From: a bacterium
GTDB taxonomy: Bacteria > UBA8248
Reading direction: 5' to 3'
DNA length: 64,000 nucleotides
NCBI GenBank assembly: GCA_965219955.1
Contig: OZ244799.1
Span: forward strand, 3,680,001 to 3,744,000
Translations under genes and position numbers: made by a program
Notes under the pieces: generated by a model
Databases searched by the model: none
The model's input: only the letters and a program-made list of their open reading frames with translations
Told to the model about the DNA's origin: nothing
In this document: piece by piece, positions 1 through 10,438 of the stretch
Layout of the letters: every line of letters starts with the position of its first letter
Position numbering within the stretch: position 1 is the stretch's first letter

Positions 1-205
1 GCTGTTGAAAAAACCTGTTTCGGGATCGGCGGCAAGGAGGTTCACGCGGTGCAGACGTGATGGTTTTGTAGCAGGACAACCCAAAAGGGTTGTCCTGGCC
101 TCCGTGCCTGTCCTGCTCTTCATGGTTGTCCTTCGTCAGGACAGGCACGGAGGCCTGTCCCTACAGCGAACAATCTCGAAGGTCGGACAGGGCTTTTTCA
201 ACAGC
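1..205. mobile_element. MITE-like element bounded by inverted GCTGTTGAAAAA / TTTTTCAACAGC ends, with REP-like palindromes inside; left end may be clipped by the window edge
   Basis: gctgttgaaaaa at 1-12 is the reverse complement of tttttcaacagc at 194-205. Related ends recur at ~624-637, 51164-51239 and ~55210. Confidence 0.5.
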
Positions 206-289
206 CTCTCCTCGCTCGGGTTTTATCCCACCTGTTCCACGATACGCCGTGGATATTTCGCCTTAAGGTCGGGAATTTTTCTCATCCGC

Positions 290-523
290 AAGGCAGGGCG
301 GTTCGCGAACCCCGGACAGGCGCAGGGGCCTGTCCGGCTACGGGCGAATGCGGTTTTGCTCGTCATTCCGGCAATCAATGCCGACCGGGGAGGGAGGGAT
401 TGCCCGGAATCCATTTGCGGGCGCGGGTGAATACGCGGCGGTGTTCCATTCCCCGCCGATGCGCGGGAACCCGGGCGAAAGGCAAAAGGCATAAAAATGG
501 ATTCCGGCTTTCGCCGGAATGAC
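290..523. repeat. REP/BIME-like palindrome cluster
   Basis: TGGATTCCGGCTTTCGCCGGAATGAC at 498-523, GGCGGTTCGCGAACC and GGACAGGCGCAGGGGCCTGTCC palindromes. The same families recur at 2.5-2.85, 52.0-52.3, 55.2-55.7 and 61.4-61.9 kb. Confidence 0.8.
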
Positions 524-658
524 GGTGAACGCTCTCGATTGGGGGAGTCAACAAGCCCTTGTCGGGGGACAGGGGGTTGGTTTTCCAGTCGAGAGGGGTG
601 CCCCTCTACCCTCTGAAAGGAACCTTTTCAACAACCCCGCCCCGCTCGCGATGGATCG

Positions 659-970
659 CGCATTTCCCCGCAATTGCCGTACCCGGGTTTTCGCGTGGAT
701 GGGCGAGAATCTCCCGCGCGCGGGCGAGAGCGTGTTCCCCGCGATTCGGGGAGGGAGAACATGGAGAGGGCGGTTCGGGGTGAGGCGGGAAGCGCAAACG
801 CTCCTTTCCCGGCGGCGCCAGACGCCCGCTCCCCGCGCGCGGTTCGTCTCCCGCTGCCGCCGGATGCGGCCAAAGGGAATTTCCGGAAAATACGGTAAAA
901 TAAGATAAATTTAGATAAATTCACGATGTTTTCCGGTAAATAAATGAAAAGTTATCTCATTGATATATAT
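659..970. repeat. Dispersed non-coding element, homologous (inverted) to ~47145-47414
   Basis: Shared blocks CGCA(A/T)TTCCCCGCA(A/T)TTGC, TTAGATAAATTCACG and TTATCTCATTGATAT. Confidence 0.55.
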
Positions 971-1071
971 GGAGTTAAGTTAAAACTTCCCTGTGGATTG
1001 ACACCCGGGAAGCCCCTTTTTACTATGGGGGATTCTCGGGATGAGGCGGCGGCCGCCGGTGAGGAGTGGAT

Positions 1072-1542
1072 ATGCGAGTCGGGAGATGGTTGTGCGCGCT
1101 GGGTTGCGTGGTGTTGATGGCGGTGTTTTTTCTTCCCTCCTTTTCCGCAGGCCAGGACGAGCAGACGCTGCGCGGAGTGCAAAGGGTGCGCGTGCGCACG
1201 ATGAAGAGCATCAGCCGCGCGATGCGCCGGGTCAAGGTGTATACGAAAAAGGCGAACTACAAGCGCGTCGCGGCGGCGGCGGAGGAAATCGCGCTGCTCT
1301 CGGCGGCGATTCCATTCCTGAGCCCCGAGGGCAGCGCCTTCGGCAAGACGCGGATCAAGGCGGAAGTCTGGAGCCGGTTCGACGATTACACGAAAATCGC
1401 CAGGGATTCGGCCCAGATCGCGAGAGAGGTCGCCAAAGCGGCCGGGGCGAAGGACAAGGCGGGCGTCTTGAAGGCGTTCAGCGCCCTGTCGGACAGCTGT
1501 ACGCAGTGCCACAAGCCGTACCGCAAGAAGAAAAGAAAATAG
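1072..1542 (+). CDS. Cytochrome c' (class II cytochrome c), exported
   Basis: Signal peptide, helical body, C-terminal CTQCH heme motif. GAGGAG RBS before ATG 1072. Confidence 0.85.
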   Translation: MRVGRWLCALGCVVLMAVFFLPSFSAGQDEQTLRGVQRVRVRTMKSISRAMRRVKVYTKKANYKRVAAAAEEIALLSAAIPFLSPEGSAFGKTRIKAEVWSRFDDYTKIARDSAQIAREVAKAAGAKDKAGVLKAFSALSDSCTQCHKPYRKKKRK

Positions 1543-1579
1543 ACCCGGCTCTCTTCCATCAACAGATTCGAGGACGCGC

Positions 1580-2455
1580 TTGACGACCCGGCCCACCATT
1601 CCCGGGCCCGACCCGGACACGAAACCGCCGAGTTTCAAGGCTCCCGCAGGAGCGGCGGATTGTCATTTCCACGTCTTCGGGCCCGAGGCGGAATACCCCT
1701 ACGCGGAGCCCAGACGCTATACGCCCCCTCAGGTGCTGGAGAGCGACTACCGGGAGATGGCCGATGTTCTCGGCCTCGCGCGGGGCGTCGTGGTGCAGGC
1801 GAGCCCCTACGGCGCGGACAACGCGAGAGTGCTCGAGGCGATTCGCGTCCTGGGGCCGGGCTACGTGGGCGTCGGCGTGGTGGATGCGGACGCCTCAGAA
1901 GAAAGGCTCGATGAGTTGAACCGGCTGGGGGTCCGGGGAGCGCGCATCAACTCGGCCTCGGGCGGCAGAAGCGGAATCGAGCGGATGGGTGAGCTTGCCG
2001 CCAGAATCAAGGATTTCGGCTGGCACATGCAGTTTCACATACACGCTGAACAGTTGGCTGAACTGGAGCCCGAGATAAGAAAATTGCCGGTCGACGCCGT
2101 TTTCGACCACATGGGTCTTTTCCCCGCGGATATGCCGCTCACCCACCCTGATTTCAGGCTGCTGCTGCGCTTGCTCGAAAGCGGAAACGCGTGGGTGAAG
2201 CTGAGCGGCGCCGAGCGGATTTCCAGGAGCGGCCCTCCCTACCGCGACGTCGTCCCCGTGGCGCGCGCCCTGATCGACGCCGCGCCCGAGCGGGTGGTGT
2301 GGGGCACGGATTGGCCCCATACGAACGTGAAGCCCGCGATTCCCAACGACGGCGATCTGATGAACCTTCTCGCGGAATTCGCGCCCGATGAGAGGACGCG
2401 CCGGAAGATACTGGTGGAGAACCCTTGCGCGCTCTACGGGTTCGGTGAGCCGTAA
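1580..2455 (+). CDS. Amidohydrolase_2 family (LigI / 2-pyrone-4,6-dicarboxylate lactonase-like)
   Basis: DCHFHVFGP, VFDHMG, WVKLSG, WGTDWPH and LVENP motifs. Confidence 0.9.
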   Translation: MTTRPTIPGPDPDTKPPSFKAPAGAADCHFHVFGPEAEYPYAEPRRYTPPQVLESDYREMADVLGLARGVVVQASPYGADNARVLEAIRVLGPGYVGVGVVDADASEERLDELNRLGVRGARINSASGGRSGIERMGELAARIKDFGWHMQFHIHAEQLAELEPEIRKLPVDAVFDHMGLFPADMPLTHPDFRLLLRLLESGNAWVKLSGAERISRSGPPYRDVVPVARALIDAAPERVVWGTDWPHTNVKPAIPNDGDLMNLLAEFAPDERTRRKILVENPCALYGFGEP

Positions 2456-2531
2456 TACCCCTGAGACGGAGTTGACGGGAAAATCCTGATTCCGTGATTT
2501 GGCGAATGCAGTCGAGCGGAAAAGGGGGTCC

Positions 2532-2850
2532 GTAGGGGCGGTTCGCGAACCGCCCCTACAATGCGGATACGGTTATTTTTCGTCGTTCCGGTGTCGGACC
2601 TGACCAAGGCGGGGTTGTGGAAGAATCCCTTCGCTCGGAATTGACCATCACCGTCATTCCGGCGAAAGCCGGAATCCATTTTCAAGCAGAATGACAATAC
2701 TCCGGCTTTCCATCTCCCCGTCATTGGCGGGAATCAATCAGAAAAAAAAACCAAAGGCAAACAAATGGATTCCGGCTTTCGCCGGAATGACGAACAAAAC
2801 CGCACTGCCTCGTAGCAGGGAGCAGGCCCCGTGCCTGTCCGTGGCCCCTG
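2532..2850. repeat. REP/BIME-like cluster between convergent genes
   Basis: GTAGGGGCGGTTCGCGAACCGCCCCTAC at 2532-2559; inverted pair of GTCATTCCGGCGAAAGCCGGAATCCA at 2653-2678 and 2766-2791. Confidence 0.85.
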
Positions 2851-2851
2851 G

Positions 2852-4303
2852 TCAGCTCCCCAGTTTCTCCCGGAGTATTTCCTGCAAGGCCCTGGGGTTG
2901 GCCTTGCCCCCGGTCGCCTTCATCGCCTGGCCGACGAAAAAGCCCATGAGCTTCGTTTTTCCGCCCTGGTAGGCTTCGACTTCTTCGGGGTTCGACGCAA
3001 TCACATCTTCCGCGACGCTCTCGATGGCGCCCGTGTCCGTGATCTGCCTGAGCCCCTTCTCCTCCACGATGGTTTCGGGGTCTTGTCCGCTCTCCGCCAC
3101 CTGGTCGAATACGGTCTTCGCGATTTTTCCGCTGATGGTGCCGTCGTCGATGAGCGAGATCATTTTCGCCAGCCGCTCAGGCGTTACAGGGCATTCCTCG
3201 ATGGTGATTTTCCGTTCGTTCAACAGGCGCAAGACATCGCCCATCACCCAGTTGCTCGCCGATTTGGCCAGTCCTGCTCCGGCAGCTTCTACGACCCGGT
3301 CGAAATAGGCGGCCAGTTCCTTCTCCGCCGTCAGCACTTCCGCGTCGTATCGGGGGAGGCCGAACTCCTCCCGAAAGCGCTTGCTTTTCGCGTCGGGCAG
3401 CTCCGGCATTTGCGCGCGGACTTCATCGAGCCATTCCGCATCCACGGTGAGCGGCACCAGATCGGGGTCCGGGAAATAGCGGTAGTCATGCGCGTATTCC
3501 TTCGACCGCATGCCCCGCGTCACGCCGGCGGATTCATCCCAAAGCCGGGTCTCCTGATGGATGGCGCCGCCGGAATCGAGGACTTCGCGCTGGCGCTTTT
3601 CCTCGTACTCGAGCGCCCTTCGGAGGTGCCTGAAAGAATTCATGTTCTTGATTTCGACTTTTTCGCCGAATTTCTCCGACCCTTGCGGCCTGAGGGAGAT
3701 GTTGGCGTCGCACCGCAAGCTGCCTTCCTGCATGTTGCCGTCGGATATCCCCAGGTAGCGTACCAGGGTCCTGAGCTTCCTCATGTAGGATTCGGCGTCT
3801 TCGGGGTTTCTGAGTTCCGGCTCCGAGACGATTTCGAGCAACGGCACGCCGGCTCGGTTCAGATCGGAATAAGAATGTTCCGGATCTCCCAGTTCGTCGC
3901 CATGAATCAGCTTGCCGGCGTCTTCTTCCATATGGATTCTCGTGAGGTTGATGCTCACGTCCCGCCCGTCCCTGGTGACGAAATGAACGCTTCCCCCCGT
4001 GCAGATGGGCTCTTCGTATTGAGAGATTTGATATCCTTTTGGGAGATCCGGATAGAAATAATGTTTACGGGCGAACCGGCAGACCGGCGCGATATCCGCC
4101 CCGACGGACAGCCCGAGCCTCAGGGTGTATTCTATGACTTGCCGGTTCAGAACCGGCAAGACACCGGGCAGCCCGAGGTCTACCGTGCAGGTGTGTTCAT
4201 TCGGGTCCCCCCCGAATGCGGCGCTCGAAGCGCAGAATATTTTACTTTTCGTATTCAACTGGGCGTGTACTTCAAGGCCGATAACCGTTTCGTATGCCAT
4301 CAT
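2852..4303 (-). CDS. gatB: Asp/Glu-tRNA amidotransferase subunit B
   Basis: IGLEVHAQL, YFYPDLPKGYQISQ, RIHMEEDAGK, GSLRCDANIS, DYRYFPDPDL. Confidence 0.98.
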   Translation of the reverse strand: MMAYETVIGLEVHAQLNTKSKIFCASSAAFGGDPNEHTCTVDLGLPGVLPVLNRQVIEYTLRLGLSVGADIAPVCRFARKHYFYPDLPKGYQISQYEEPICTGGSVHFVTRDGRDVSINLTRIHMEEDAGKLIHGDELGDPEHSYSDLNRAGVPLLEIVSEPELRNPEDAESYMRKLRTLVRYLGISDGNMQEGSLRCDANISLRPQGSEKFGEKVEIKNMNSFRHLRRALEYEEKRQREVLDSGGAIHQETRLWDESAGVTRGMRSKEYAHDYRYFPDPDLVPLTVDAEWLDEVRAQMPELPDAKSKRFREEFGLPRYDAEVLTAEKELAAYFDRVVEAAGAGLAKSASNWVMGDVLRLLNERKITIEECPVTPERLAKMISLIDDGTISGKIAKTVFDQVAESGQDPETIVEEKGLRQITDTGAIESVAEDVIASNPEEVEAYQGGKTKLMGFFVGQAMKATGGKANPRALQEILREKLGS

Positions 4304-4325
4304 CTCCCTCAGTCAAAAGCGTGGA

Positions 4326-5804
4326 TCATAGAGGTGGGAGTGCTTCGTGATGCGTTGTCGCTCTTTCGAATGCCGCCGCTGCCTGGAGAATCGTTTTCTC
4401 GGCAAATGGTTTTCCGACCAATTGAAGCCCAATCGGCAACCCTCCCGAGGTGAATCCGCAAGGCTGACTGGTGCCGGGAAGGCCGGCCAGGTTACAAGGT
4501 ATCGTTAAAATATCAGACAGATACATGCTGATGGGGTCATCGAGGCGCTCTCCTATCTCGAAAGCGGGAGTCGGGGCCGTGGCCGACAGCACCACGTCGA
4601 CATTTTCGAACGCGGCCTTGAAATCCTGGCAAATGAGTGTACGGACCTTTTGCGCTTTCGTATAGAAAGCGTCGTAATATCCGGAAGACAGCGCATAGGT
4701 GCCGAGCATGATTCGGCGTTTCACCTCGTCACCAAAGCCGTTTTCCCGGCTGGCCGCGTACATCCCGAATAATGAACCGAATGTGGAATCCCCCTTTTTA
4801 CGCACACCAAAGCGAACCCCGTCGTAACGCGCCAGGTTGCTGCTCGCCTCTGCGGGGGCGAGGATGTAATAGACAGGCAGGGCGTATTCGGTGTGAGGGA
4901 GAGAAATTTCATGAATTTCCGCTCCTTGCTCCTCGAAGACGGCAATGGCCTCTCGGACCGCTGTCTCGACCTCGGGGTCCATCCCCTCGATGAAGTATTC
5001 TTTTGGAATGCCGATTTTCATGCTATCAACTCCGGCTTCCAGGTCATCCGTGTAATCAGGAACCGGTTCATCGGCTGAAGTGGAATCACGAGGGTCGTGA
5101 CCGCTAACGGCGCCCAGCAGAATGGCCGCGTCTTGAATGTTATTTGCAAAAGGCCCGATCTGGTCCAGAGAACTGGCGAAGGCGATGAGACCATAGCGCG
5201 AAATTCGTCCGTAAGTGGGCTTCATGCCCACGACGCCGCAGCAGGCGGCCGGCTGGCGTATGGAGCCCCCGGTATCCGAACCCAGGGAGACGACGCAGGA
5301 CCGCGCCGCAACCGCGGCGGCGGACCCCCCGCTGCTTCCTCCCGGGATGGTTTTCAGGTTCCATGGATTGTGGGTCGGTCCGAACGCGCTCTGCTCGCAC
5401 GATGAACCCATGGCGAATTCGTCCATGTTCAATTTGCCGAGTATGACCGCCCCCGCCTTCTTCAACCGGGCCACGACGGTGGCGTCGTACGGGGCTTCGA
5501 AATTCTCCAGGAACCGGGAAGCACAAGTGGTCTTGGTACCCTTCATGCACAGAAGGTCTTTTACGGCTACGGGGATTCCCAGAAGGGGAGAATCATCGTT
5601 TCCGGCGCCGATTTTCGCATCGGCGGCGCGGGCGGCGCCGATGGCCTCGTCCTCGAGAACGCTCAAATAGGCGCGCACTCTCTCCTCCGTCTCGCCGATG
5701 CGTTCGAGATAAGCCCTGGTCAGTTCCTCCGCGCTGAATTCCCTTGCTCTCAGGTTCTCCAGGATTTCCGCGATGCCGAGTTGAAGCAGTTCGTTCATTC
5801 GCAC
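4326..5804 (-). CDS. gatA: Glu-tRNA(Gln) amidotransferase subunit A
   Basis: Amidase signature [23 protein letters not shown]; [19 protein letters not shown]. Confidence 0.98.
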   Translation of the reverse strand: MRMNELLQLGIAEILENLRAREFSAEELTRAYLERIGETEERVRAYLSVLEDEAIGAARAADAKIGAGNDDSPLLGIPVAVKDLLCMKGTKTTCASRFLENFEAPYDATVVARLKKAGAVILGKLNMDEFAMGSSCEQSAFGPTHNPWNLKTIPGGSSGGSAAAVAARSCVVSLGSDTGGSIRQPAACCGVVGMKPTYGRISRYGLIAFASSLDQIGPFANNIQDAAILLGAVSGHDPRDSTSADEPVPDYTDDLEAGVDSMKIGIPKEYFIEGMDPEVETAVREAIAVFEEQGAEIHEISLPHTEYALPVYYILAPAEASSNLARYDGVRFGVRKKGDSTFGSLFGMYAASRENGFGDEVKRRIMLGTYALSSGYYDAFYTKAQKVRTLICQDFKAAFENVDVVLSATAPTPAFEIGERLDDPISMYLSDILTIPCNLAGLPGTSQPCGFTSGGLPIGLQLVGKPFAEKTILQAAAAFERATTHHEALPPL

Positions 5805-5977
5805 TCCTCGTCCGTGTGTCCGTTAATGCGTCTTGAATCGAGAGAAAACACCACGGGAGGCCTGCTCGTCAAACCCGCGCCGCCAGAATTTTCCGCGGGC
5901 ACAGGATAAGAGCCGGTTCCCCCCGGGAGTAACCGGCCATCCACCCGGCTCTTGCGGGCGCGGGCGTTCGATTTCCC

Positions 5978-6730
5978 TCATGGGCTGCTCAGCAAAAAAG
6001 TGGCGTAGCCGAGAATCTGCTTTCCGCCGCCGTCATGGTAGACCTCGAGGTCTTGCTGCCAGCTGTCCAGTACGTCCTGGGCTTCGCGTGAATCCGCATA
6101 TTCAAGCCGGTTCTCGATAATGGAGCGCGCCTGGGGGGCCAGAAAGGATTCCCAAGCGGTTTCCGATTCGTGCTCCACGAATTCGACGTCATATCCCTGT
6201 TCCGTAAGGTGGCCCCGGAATTCCTCCACGTCAATCGGTTCGCAGGGCAGGTAGGCGTCGAGCCATCTCGCCAGTCGTTCGGAATCGACGTCTTCCTCTT
6301 CGGGTTTCCAGACCAGGCCGGAAAAGGCGACCCATCCCCCGGGCTTCACTATCCGGGTTAAACTCCTTAGCTTGCTTGCGCTGCCCGAAGGGTAAGCGGG
6401 TCCGCACAAAAGCGCCAGATCGAAGTAGCCGTCGTCGAAGGGAAAATTATCGCCCGAATGCGTCAGCAAATCGATGAGATGGGACAGGTCTTCGAATAAA
6501 ATTCGCCGCCTTCCATCTTCCACGAACTCGGGGCGATCATCGAGGCCGATTGCCGAACACCCGAACATCCGTGCGAGTGAAATGACGCTTCCCCCCTTGC
6601 CGCACGATGCGTCGAACACCAGAAGATCCGCCGACAAGCCGATGTGCTCGCCAATCTTTTTGAGAGTATCTACCGATATGGGAGCGAGGAAGTGGTTGTG
6701 TTTGAAACGCTCGAATAAGTCGGGTTGCAT
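5978..6730 (-). CDS. Class I SAM-dependent methyltransferase
   Basis: VFDASCGKG motif I, PFDDGYFD, VKPGG. Confidence 0.8.
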   Translation of the reverse strand: MQPDLFERFKHNHFLAPISVDTLKKIGEHIGLSADLLVFDASCGKGGSVISLARMFGCSAIGLDDRPEFVEDGRRRILFEDLSHLIDLLTHSGDNFPFDDGYFDLALLCGPAYPSGSASKLRSLTRIVKPGGWVAFSGLVWKPEEEDVDSERLARWLDAYLPCEPIDVEEFRGHLTEQGYDVEFVEHESETAWESFLAPQARSIIENRLEYADSREAQDVLDSWQQDLEVYHDGGGKQILGYATFLLSSP

Positions 6731-6751
6731 GAAACGGGCTGTGAGCCGGTC

Positions 6752-6859
6752 TTAAAAAATCGAGAGGCCGATTAAGTCGAGCATCAGGATAAGCGTGCTC
6801 AAGCCCAGGATTCCACCGATGATGAGGGCCAACAATCCGAAAAGTTTTCCGTACACCAT
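6752..6859 (-). CDS. Small (35 aa) single-pass membrane protein
   Basis: MVYGKLFGLLALIIGGILGLSTLILMLDLIGLSIF, with a GGGAG RBS; fills the gap in a same-strand operon. Confidence 0.55.
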   Translation of the reverse strand: MVYGKLFGLLALIIGGILGLSTLILMLDLIGLSIF

Positions 6860-6890
6860 GACTGCTTTCTCCCTACCATTAGAACAACGG

Positions 6891-7814
6891 CTATTTCTTT
6901 TTGCCTTTTCCCTTCGTGGATATTTTGGCAGGCTGCGACTTGCTGATCTGCATGAATACCTTGCCATCCTTCAATATGGTAACACCTCCCGTCGATTCGC
7001 TGATAGCGAACGATATGGCCGTGCTTACTTCCGTTATACCCGCTCCGGCCATATGACGCGAACCCAGCCCCGGGGGCAAATCATTTTCAGGTGCCGCGTT
7101 CAGGTGTCTGCCGGCGGCTTCGATGATTCCATCTCCTCGAATGACGAATGCGCCGTCAATGGCGCTGAATTCCTTGATGGTTTCGCGCAGGGCCGGATCC
7201 ATGATGTTTCTTTGCTCTTCCGGGTATCCATGAAAGGGATTGATGACGAGTTGGCGTGAATACTGGAGCACGAGATCATGGTCTCCCAGAACGAAAAGCG
7301 CGCCGCGGGGTCTTCCCTCCCGCCCTTCGGCGCCGAGTTCGAGAGCGAGCGACAGGACCGTTTCGAACACCTTCGGATCTACGCCTTCAACGGCGCTTTG
7401 CGTTTCCGATGTCTGGAGCATTTCTTTTTCGCGGTCCAGATGAAACACCATGAGCGTGTCGATTTCTTCGTTCTCGGGCAAGCCCGAGAGGCAAACCACG
7501 GTGTCGTTCTGCGTGATGGAGCCTTCGCTCAAGGCGATTACGACGCCCATCTTGATGATGTCGATACGGTTCAGGGACAAGGCGGGCAATTGCAATACCT
7601 TGCAATCCCGTTTTTCCAATTCCTCGTAGAGATCAGGGGAGCAGGTGGTGGTGAAATGCTCCACGCCGACGGGGAGATCCATCAAGGCGTCCAGATCCTT
7701 CATCGCGTCCGCGTGAATGAAAACGGCCTTGGCCTCCAGTTCGTTGCAGATTTGCGAAGCCGCGGCGATGATGCTTTCACTGAGACCGGCTTGTTTTTCG
7801 ATCGCTGCTCTCAC
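6891..7814 (-). CDS. Diadenylate cyclase (DisA_N/DAC domain, DacZ/CdaZ-like N-terminal extension)
   Basis: EGREG, IDGAFVI (DGA motif), GLGSRH, AISES. Confidence 0.88.
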   Translation of the reverse strand: MRAAIEKQAGLSESIIAAASQICNELEAKAVFIHADAMKDLDALMDLPVGVEHFTTTCSPDLYEELEKRDCKVLQLPALSLNRIDIIKMGVVIALSEGSITQNDTVVCLSGLPENEEIDTLMVFHLDREKEMLQTSETQSAVEGVDPKVFETVLSLALELGAEGREGRPRGALFVLGDHDLVLQYSRQLVINPFHGYPEEQRNIMDPALRETIKEFSAIDGAFVIRGDGIIEAAGRHLNAAPENDLPPGLGSRHMAGAGITEVSTAISFAISESTGGVTILKDGKVFMQISKSQPAKISTKGKGKKK

Positions 7815-7816
7815 CT

Positions 7817-9280
7817 TTACCCCTTTCCTTCCAGCGCCACGTAGAAAGTCGTGCCGCGCCGCTCGACTACCAGCAAATTTCCTTTGTTTTCTGCTTTTTT
7901 CAGCGCTTCTCGCAACTGGTTCGTATTGGCAATCGCTTTGCGGTTGGCTTCCACAATGACGTCACCCCGGCGTAAACCGGCCACAGCTGCGGGACTATCC
8001 GGCAATACGTTGGAGATGACAACGCCTTTCTTGGCTTTTGCCCCAATCTGCTTTCTGATTTCAGGAGTCAGGTTTTGCCCCTCGATGCCCAGTTTTTTCT
8101 GAAGTGCGGGTTTTGATGCTTTCGCCAGTTCCTCCGTCGATCCTGGTAACTTGCCGACTTGAATTTTGATGTCATGTTTTTTGCCGTCCCGTACGATGCC
8201 GATTTTAGCGGTAGAGCCCGGTTCCAGGTCGGCCGCGGCAAGGGAGAGTTGACGGGGGTTTTCAATATTTCTCTCATTTATGCTTACGATCACGTCGCCC
8301 CTTTTAATGCCGGCTTTTTCTGCAGGCGCATTTTCGATCACGTTAGAGACCAGAGCGCCCCGGGTTTCTTTCAGGCTTAATTCTTTTGCCAGATTTTCAT
8401 TGACGGGTTGAATGGATACACCCAGAAATCCACGGGTTACCACTCCCTTGCGAAGCTGGGGGAGTAGTTTCTTCGCTATATTGATCGGTATGGCGAAACC
8501 AATACCGATATTACCGCCGCCTCTGCTGAAAATTGCGGTGTTGATGCCCACGACGTTTCCTTTTAAATCGAAGAGGGGCCCGCCACTGTTTCCCGGATTG
8601 ATGGAGGCGTCGGTTTGAATAAAATTATCGAATCGGCTAGAGCCGATGACGCGCCCTTTGGCGCTCACGATTCCGGCCGTCACCGTGTGGGATAATCCGA
8701 AAGGATTTCCTATAGCCATAACCCAATCGCCCACGCGAAGTTTTTCGCTGTCCCCGAGCTTCACCGCGGTGAAAGTATCCCCGGGTTTCGTTTCTACCTG
8801 GAGTAGCGCGATGTCGGTTTGGGGGTCGCGGCCCACGACCTTCGCTTTTCGTTTCTTTTGGTCGTTGAAGCGGACCGTTATTTTTGATGCGTTTTCGACA
8901 ACGTGATTATTCGTTACGACAAGTCCGGTATCGGTCACGATGAAGCCCGAGCCCATGTTCTGCTGTCTGGGCTGTGGGCGCAAGCCGCCACGAGGTCCGC
9001 GGCGGAAGGGTCCTTCATGAAAACGCCTGAAAAATTCGTTCCACAAATCTCCAGGAAATTCACCTCTTGAACTCGTTTCCACCTTTGTTTCCGTACTGAT
9101 ATTCACCACGGCTGGGCTTAATTTTTCTGCCAACCCGGCCAGGGATGGCAGCTTCCCCGCACTGACTGCGGATTGGGCGGTTATCGGCGTGAGAAGCAAG
9201 GCCGAACCAAACAATATCGTGATGATGAGGAAGGTTGAGCCCAACGATTTGAATTTTGAAGGATAAAGAGAATTCCGCAT
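7817..9280 (-). CDS. degP: Do/DegP/HtrA family periplasmic serine protease with two PDZ domains
   Basis: TNNHVV, DIALL, GNSGGPL catalytic triad; two PDZ repeats; signal peptide. Start uncertain (ORF open to 9352). Confidence 0.9.
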   Translation of the reverse strand: MRNSLYPSKFKSLGSTFLIITILFGSALLLTPITAQSAVSAGKLPSLAGLAEKLSPAVVNISTETKVETSSRGEFPGDLWNEFFRRFHEGPFRRGPRGGLRPQPRQQNMGSGFIVTDTGLVVTNNHVVENASKITVRFNDQKKRKAKVVGRDPQTDIALLQVETKPGDTFTAVKLGDSEKLRVGDWVMAIGNPFGLSHTVTAGIVSAKGRVIGSSRFDNFIQTDASINPGNSGGPLFDLKGNVVGINTAIFSRGGGNIGIGFAIPINIAKKLLPQLRKGVVTRGFLGVSIQPVNENLAKELSLKETRGALVSNVIENAPAEKAGIKRGDVIVSINERNIENPRQLSLAAADLEPGSTAKIGIVRDGKKHDIKIQVGKLPGSTEELAKASKPALQKKLGIEGQNLTPEIRKQIGAKAKKGVVISNVLPDSPAAVAGLRRGDVIVEANRKAIANTNQLREALKKAENKGNLLVVERRGTTFYVALEGKG

Positions 9281-9547
9281 TTTTTTCCCTTCTCTATGCA
9301 TCAAATGTACTGGCGGCAACAAACACCACATCACTGGTTTTAGATATACCAAAGTTCCATCTGTGTGAAAATCGGCAAATAGCTGAAAAAAGCTTGATTA
9401 TTGTTTTGTGCAGATTCAATTGGCGGGAATGGCGTTATTCTCGGGCCGATCACATCGACGCGGGGCGAGTGGAGGGATATTCTCTCCACCGTCAGGAAGA
9501 ATCCGGCCACGGCGTCACCCTGGAGAGTTTCTTGAAATGATGAACGC

Positions 9548-10432
9548 ATGAGTCTCGAATCCCAAACCATCCTACTCGCCATATCGGCGGCCTTCGTCAG
9601 CGCGGCGACGAACATCACCTTCGCGCCCGCCCTGCGGCAGATGGGTTCGTTCGCGCTCGCCCAGTTCAACAACCTGGGCAACACCGTCATGCTGGGGGCC
9701 ATCGGCTTCTGGCTCTACGAGGCGGGGAGTTTCCGCTGGGAGGCGTTCGCCTGGTTCGGCGTTCTGGGCGTGATGAACTACAGCATCAACCGCTGGGTCT
9801 TCTACACCGGCATGAACATCGTCGGCCCCGCGCGCCACATCACCATCACGAGCATGGTCCCGCTTCCCAGCCTGATTCTGGCCGTCGTCTTCCTGGGAGA
9901 AGAACCCGGCCGGTGGGTGGTGCTCGGCACGGTTCTCGTCGTCTTCGGAATCGCCGCCGTGAGCTACGAGCCCTCGGGCGGCTCGGGCGGAAGATGGTTC
10001 CGCGCAGGCGTCGGCTGGTCGCTCATGAGCATGCTCATGCTGGTCGCAAGCGCCTTCATGCGCAAGCAGGGCATGTCGTACATGGCGGCCCCCGCCCTGC
10101 TCACCGCGTGGTCGGCCATGGTCGCGATCCCGACTTCCGAGGCCTTCCGGCATTTCCTCCCGAAGCGTTATTTCGAGTGGGGCTCGAAGCGCTACCTTCC
10201 GCTGCTGATCTTCGGAACGATCATCAACGGGCTGATGCAAATCCTCATCAACCTCTCGCTCAAGGGAAAGCTCTCGCTGGCGGTTCCCATCCTGAGCAGC
10301 ACGCCGATTTTCGCCCTGTGCCTTTCCGCGATTTTCCTGCGAAAGATCGAACGCCTGAACGCGCGCGTGGTGTTCGGCATACTCATCGCCGTGCTGGGCA
10401 TCGTGGCGGTGAGCATCGGGCGGCACGGCTAA
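9548..10432 (+). CDS. EamA/DMT family transporter
   Basis: About 10 hydrophobic segments in two repeats; LAVVFLGE motif. Confidence 0.85.
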   Translation: MSLESQTILLAISAAFVSAATNITFAPALRQMGSFALAQFNNLGNTVMLGAIGFWLYEAGSFRWEAFAWFGVLGVMNYSINRWVFYTGMNIVGPARHITITSMVPLPSLILAVVFLGEEPGRWVVLGTVLVVFGIAAVSYEPSGGSGGRWFRAGVGWSLMSMLMLVASAFMRKQGMSYMAAPALLTAWSAMVAIPTSEAFRHFLPKRYFEWGSKRYLPLLIFGTIINGLMQILINLSLKGKLSLAVPILSSTPIFALCLSAIFLRKIERLNARVVFGILIAVLGIVAVSIGRHG

Positions 10433-10438
10433 GCGGCC

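Noticed and set aside
2831-4453. Long ORFs overlapping real genes on the opposite strand or in alternative frames (e.g. 2831-4453, 9913-11313, 16935-19079, 56186-58054, 58024-59358)
   Set aside because: Shadow ORFs of high-GC genes with clear family motifs; they have no recognisable domains themselves.
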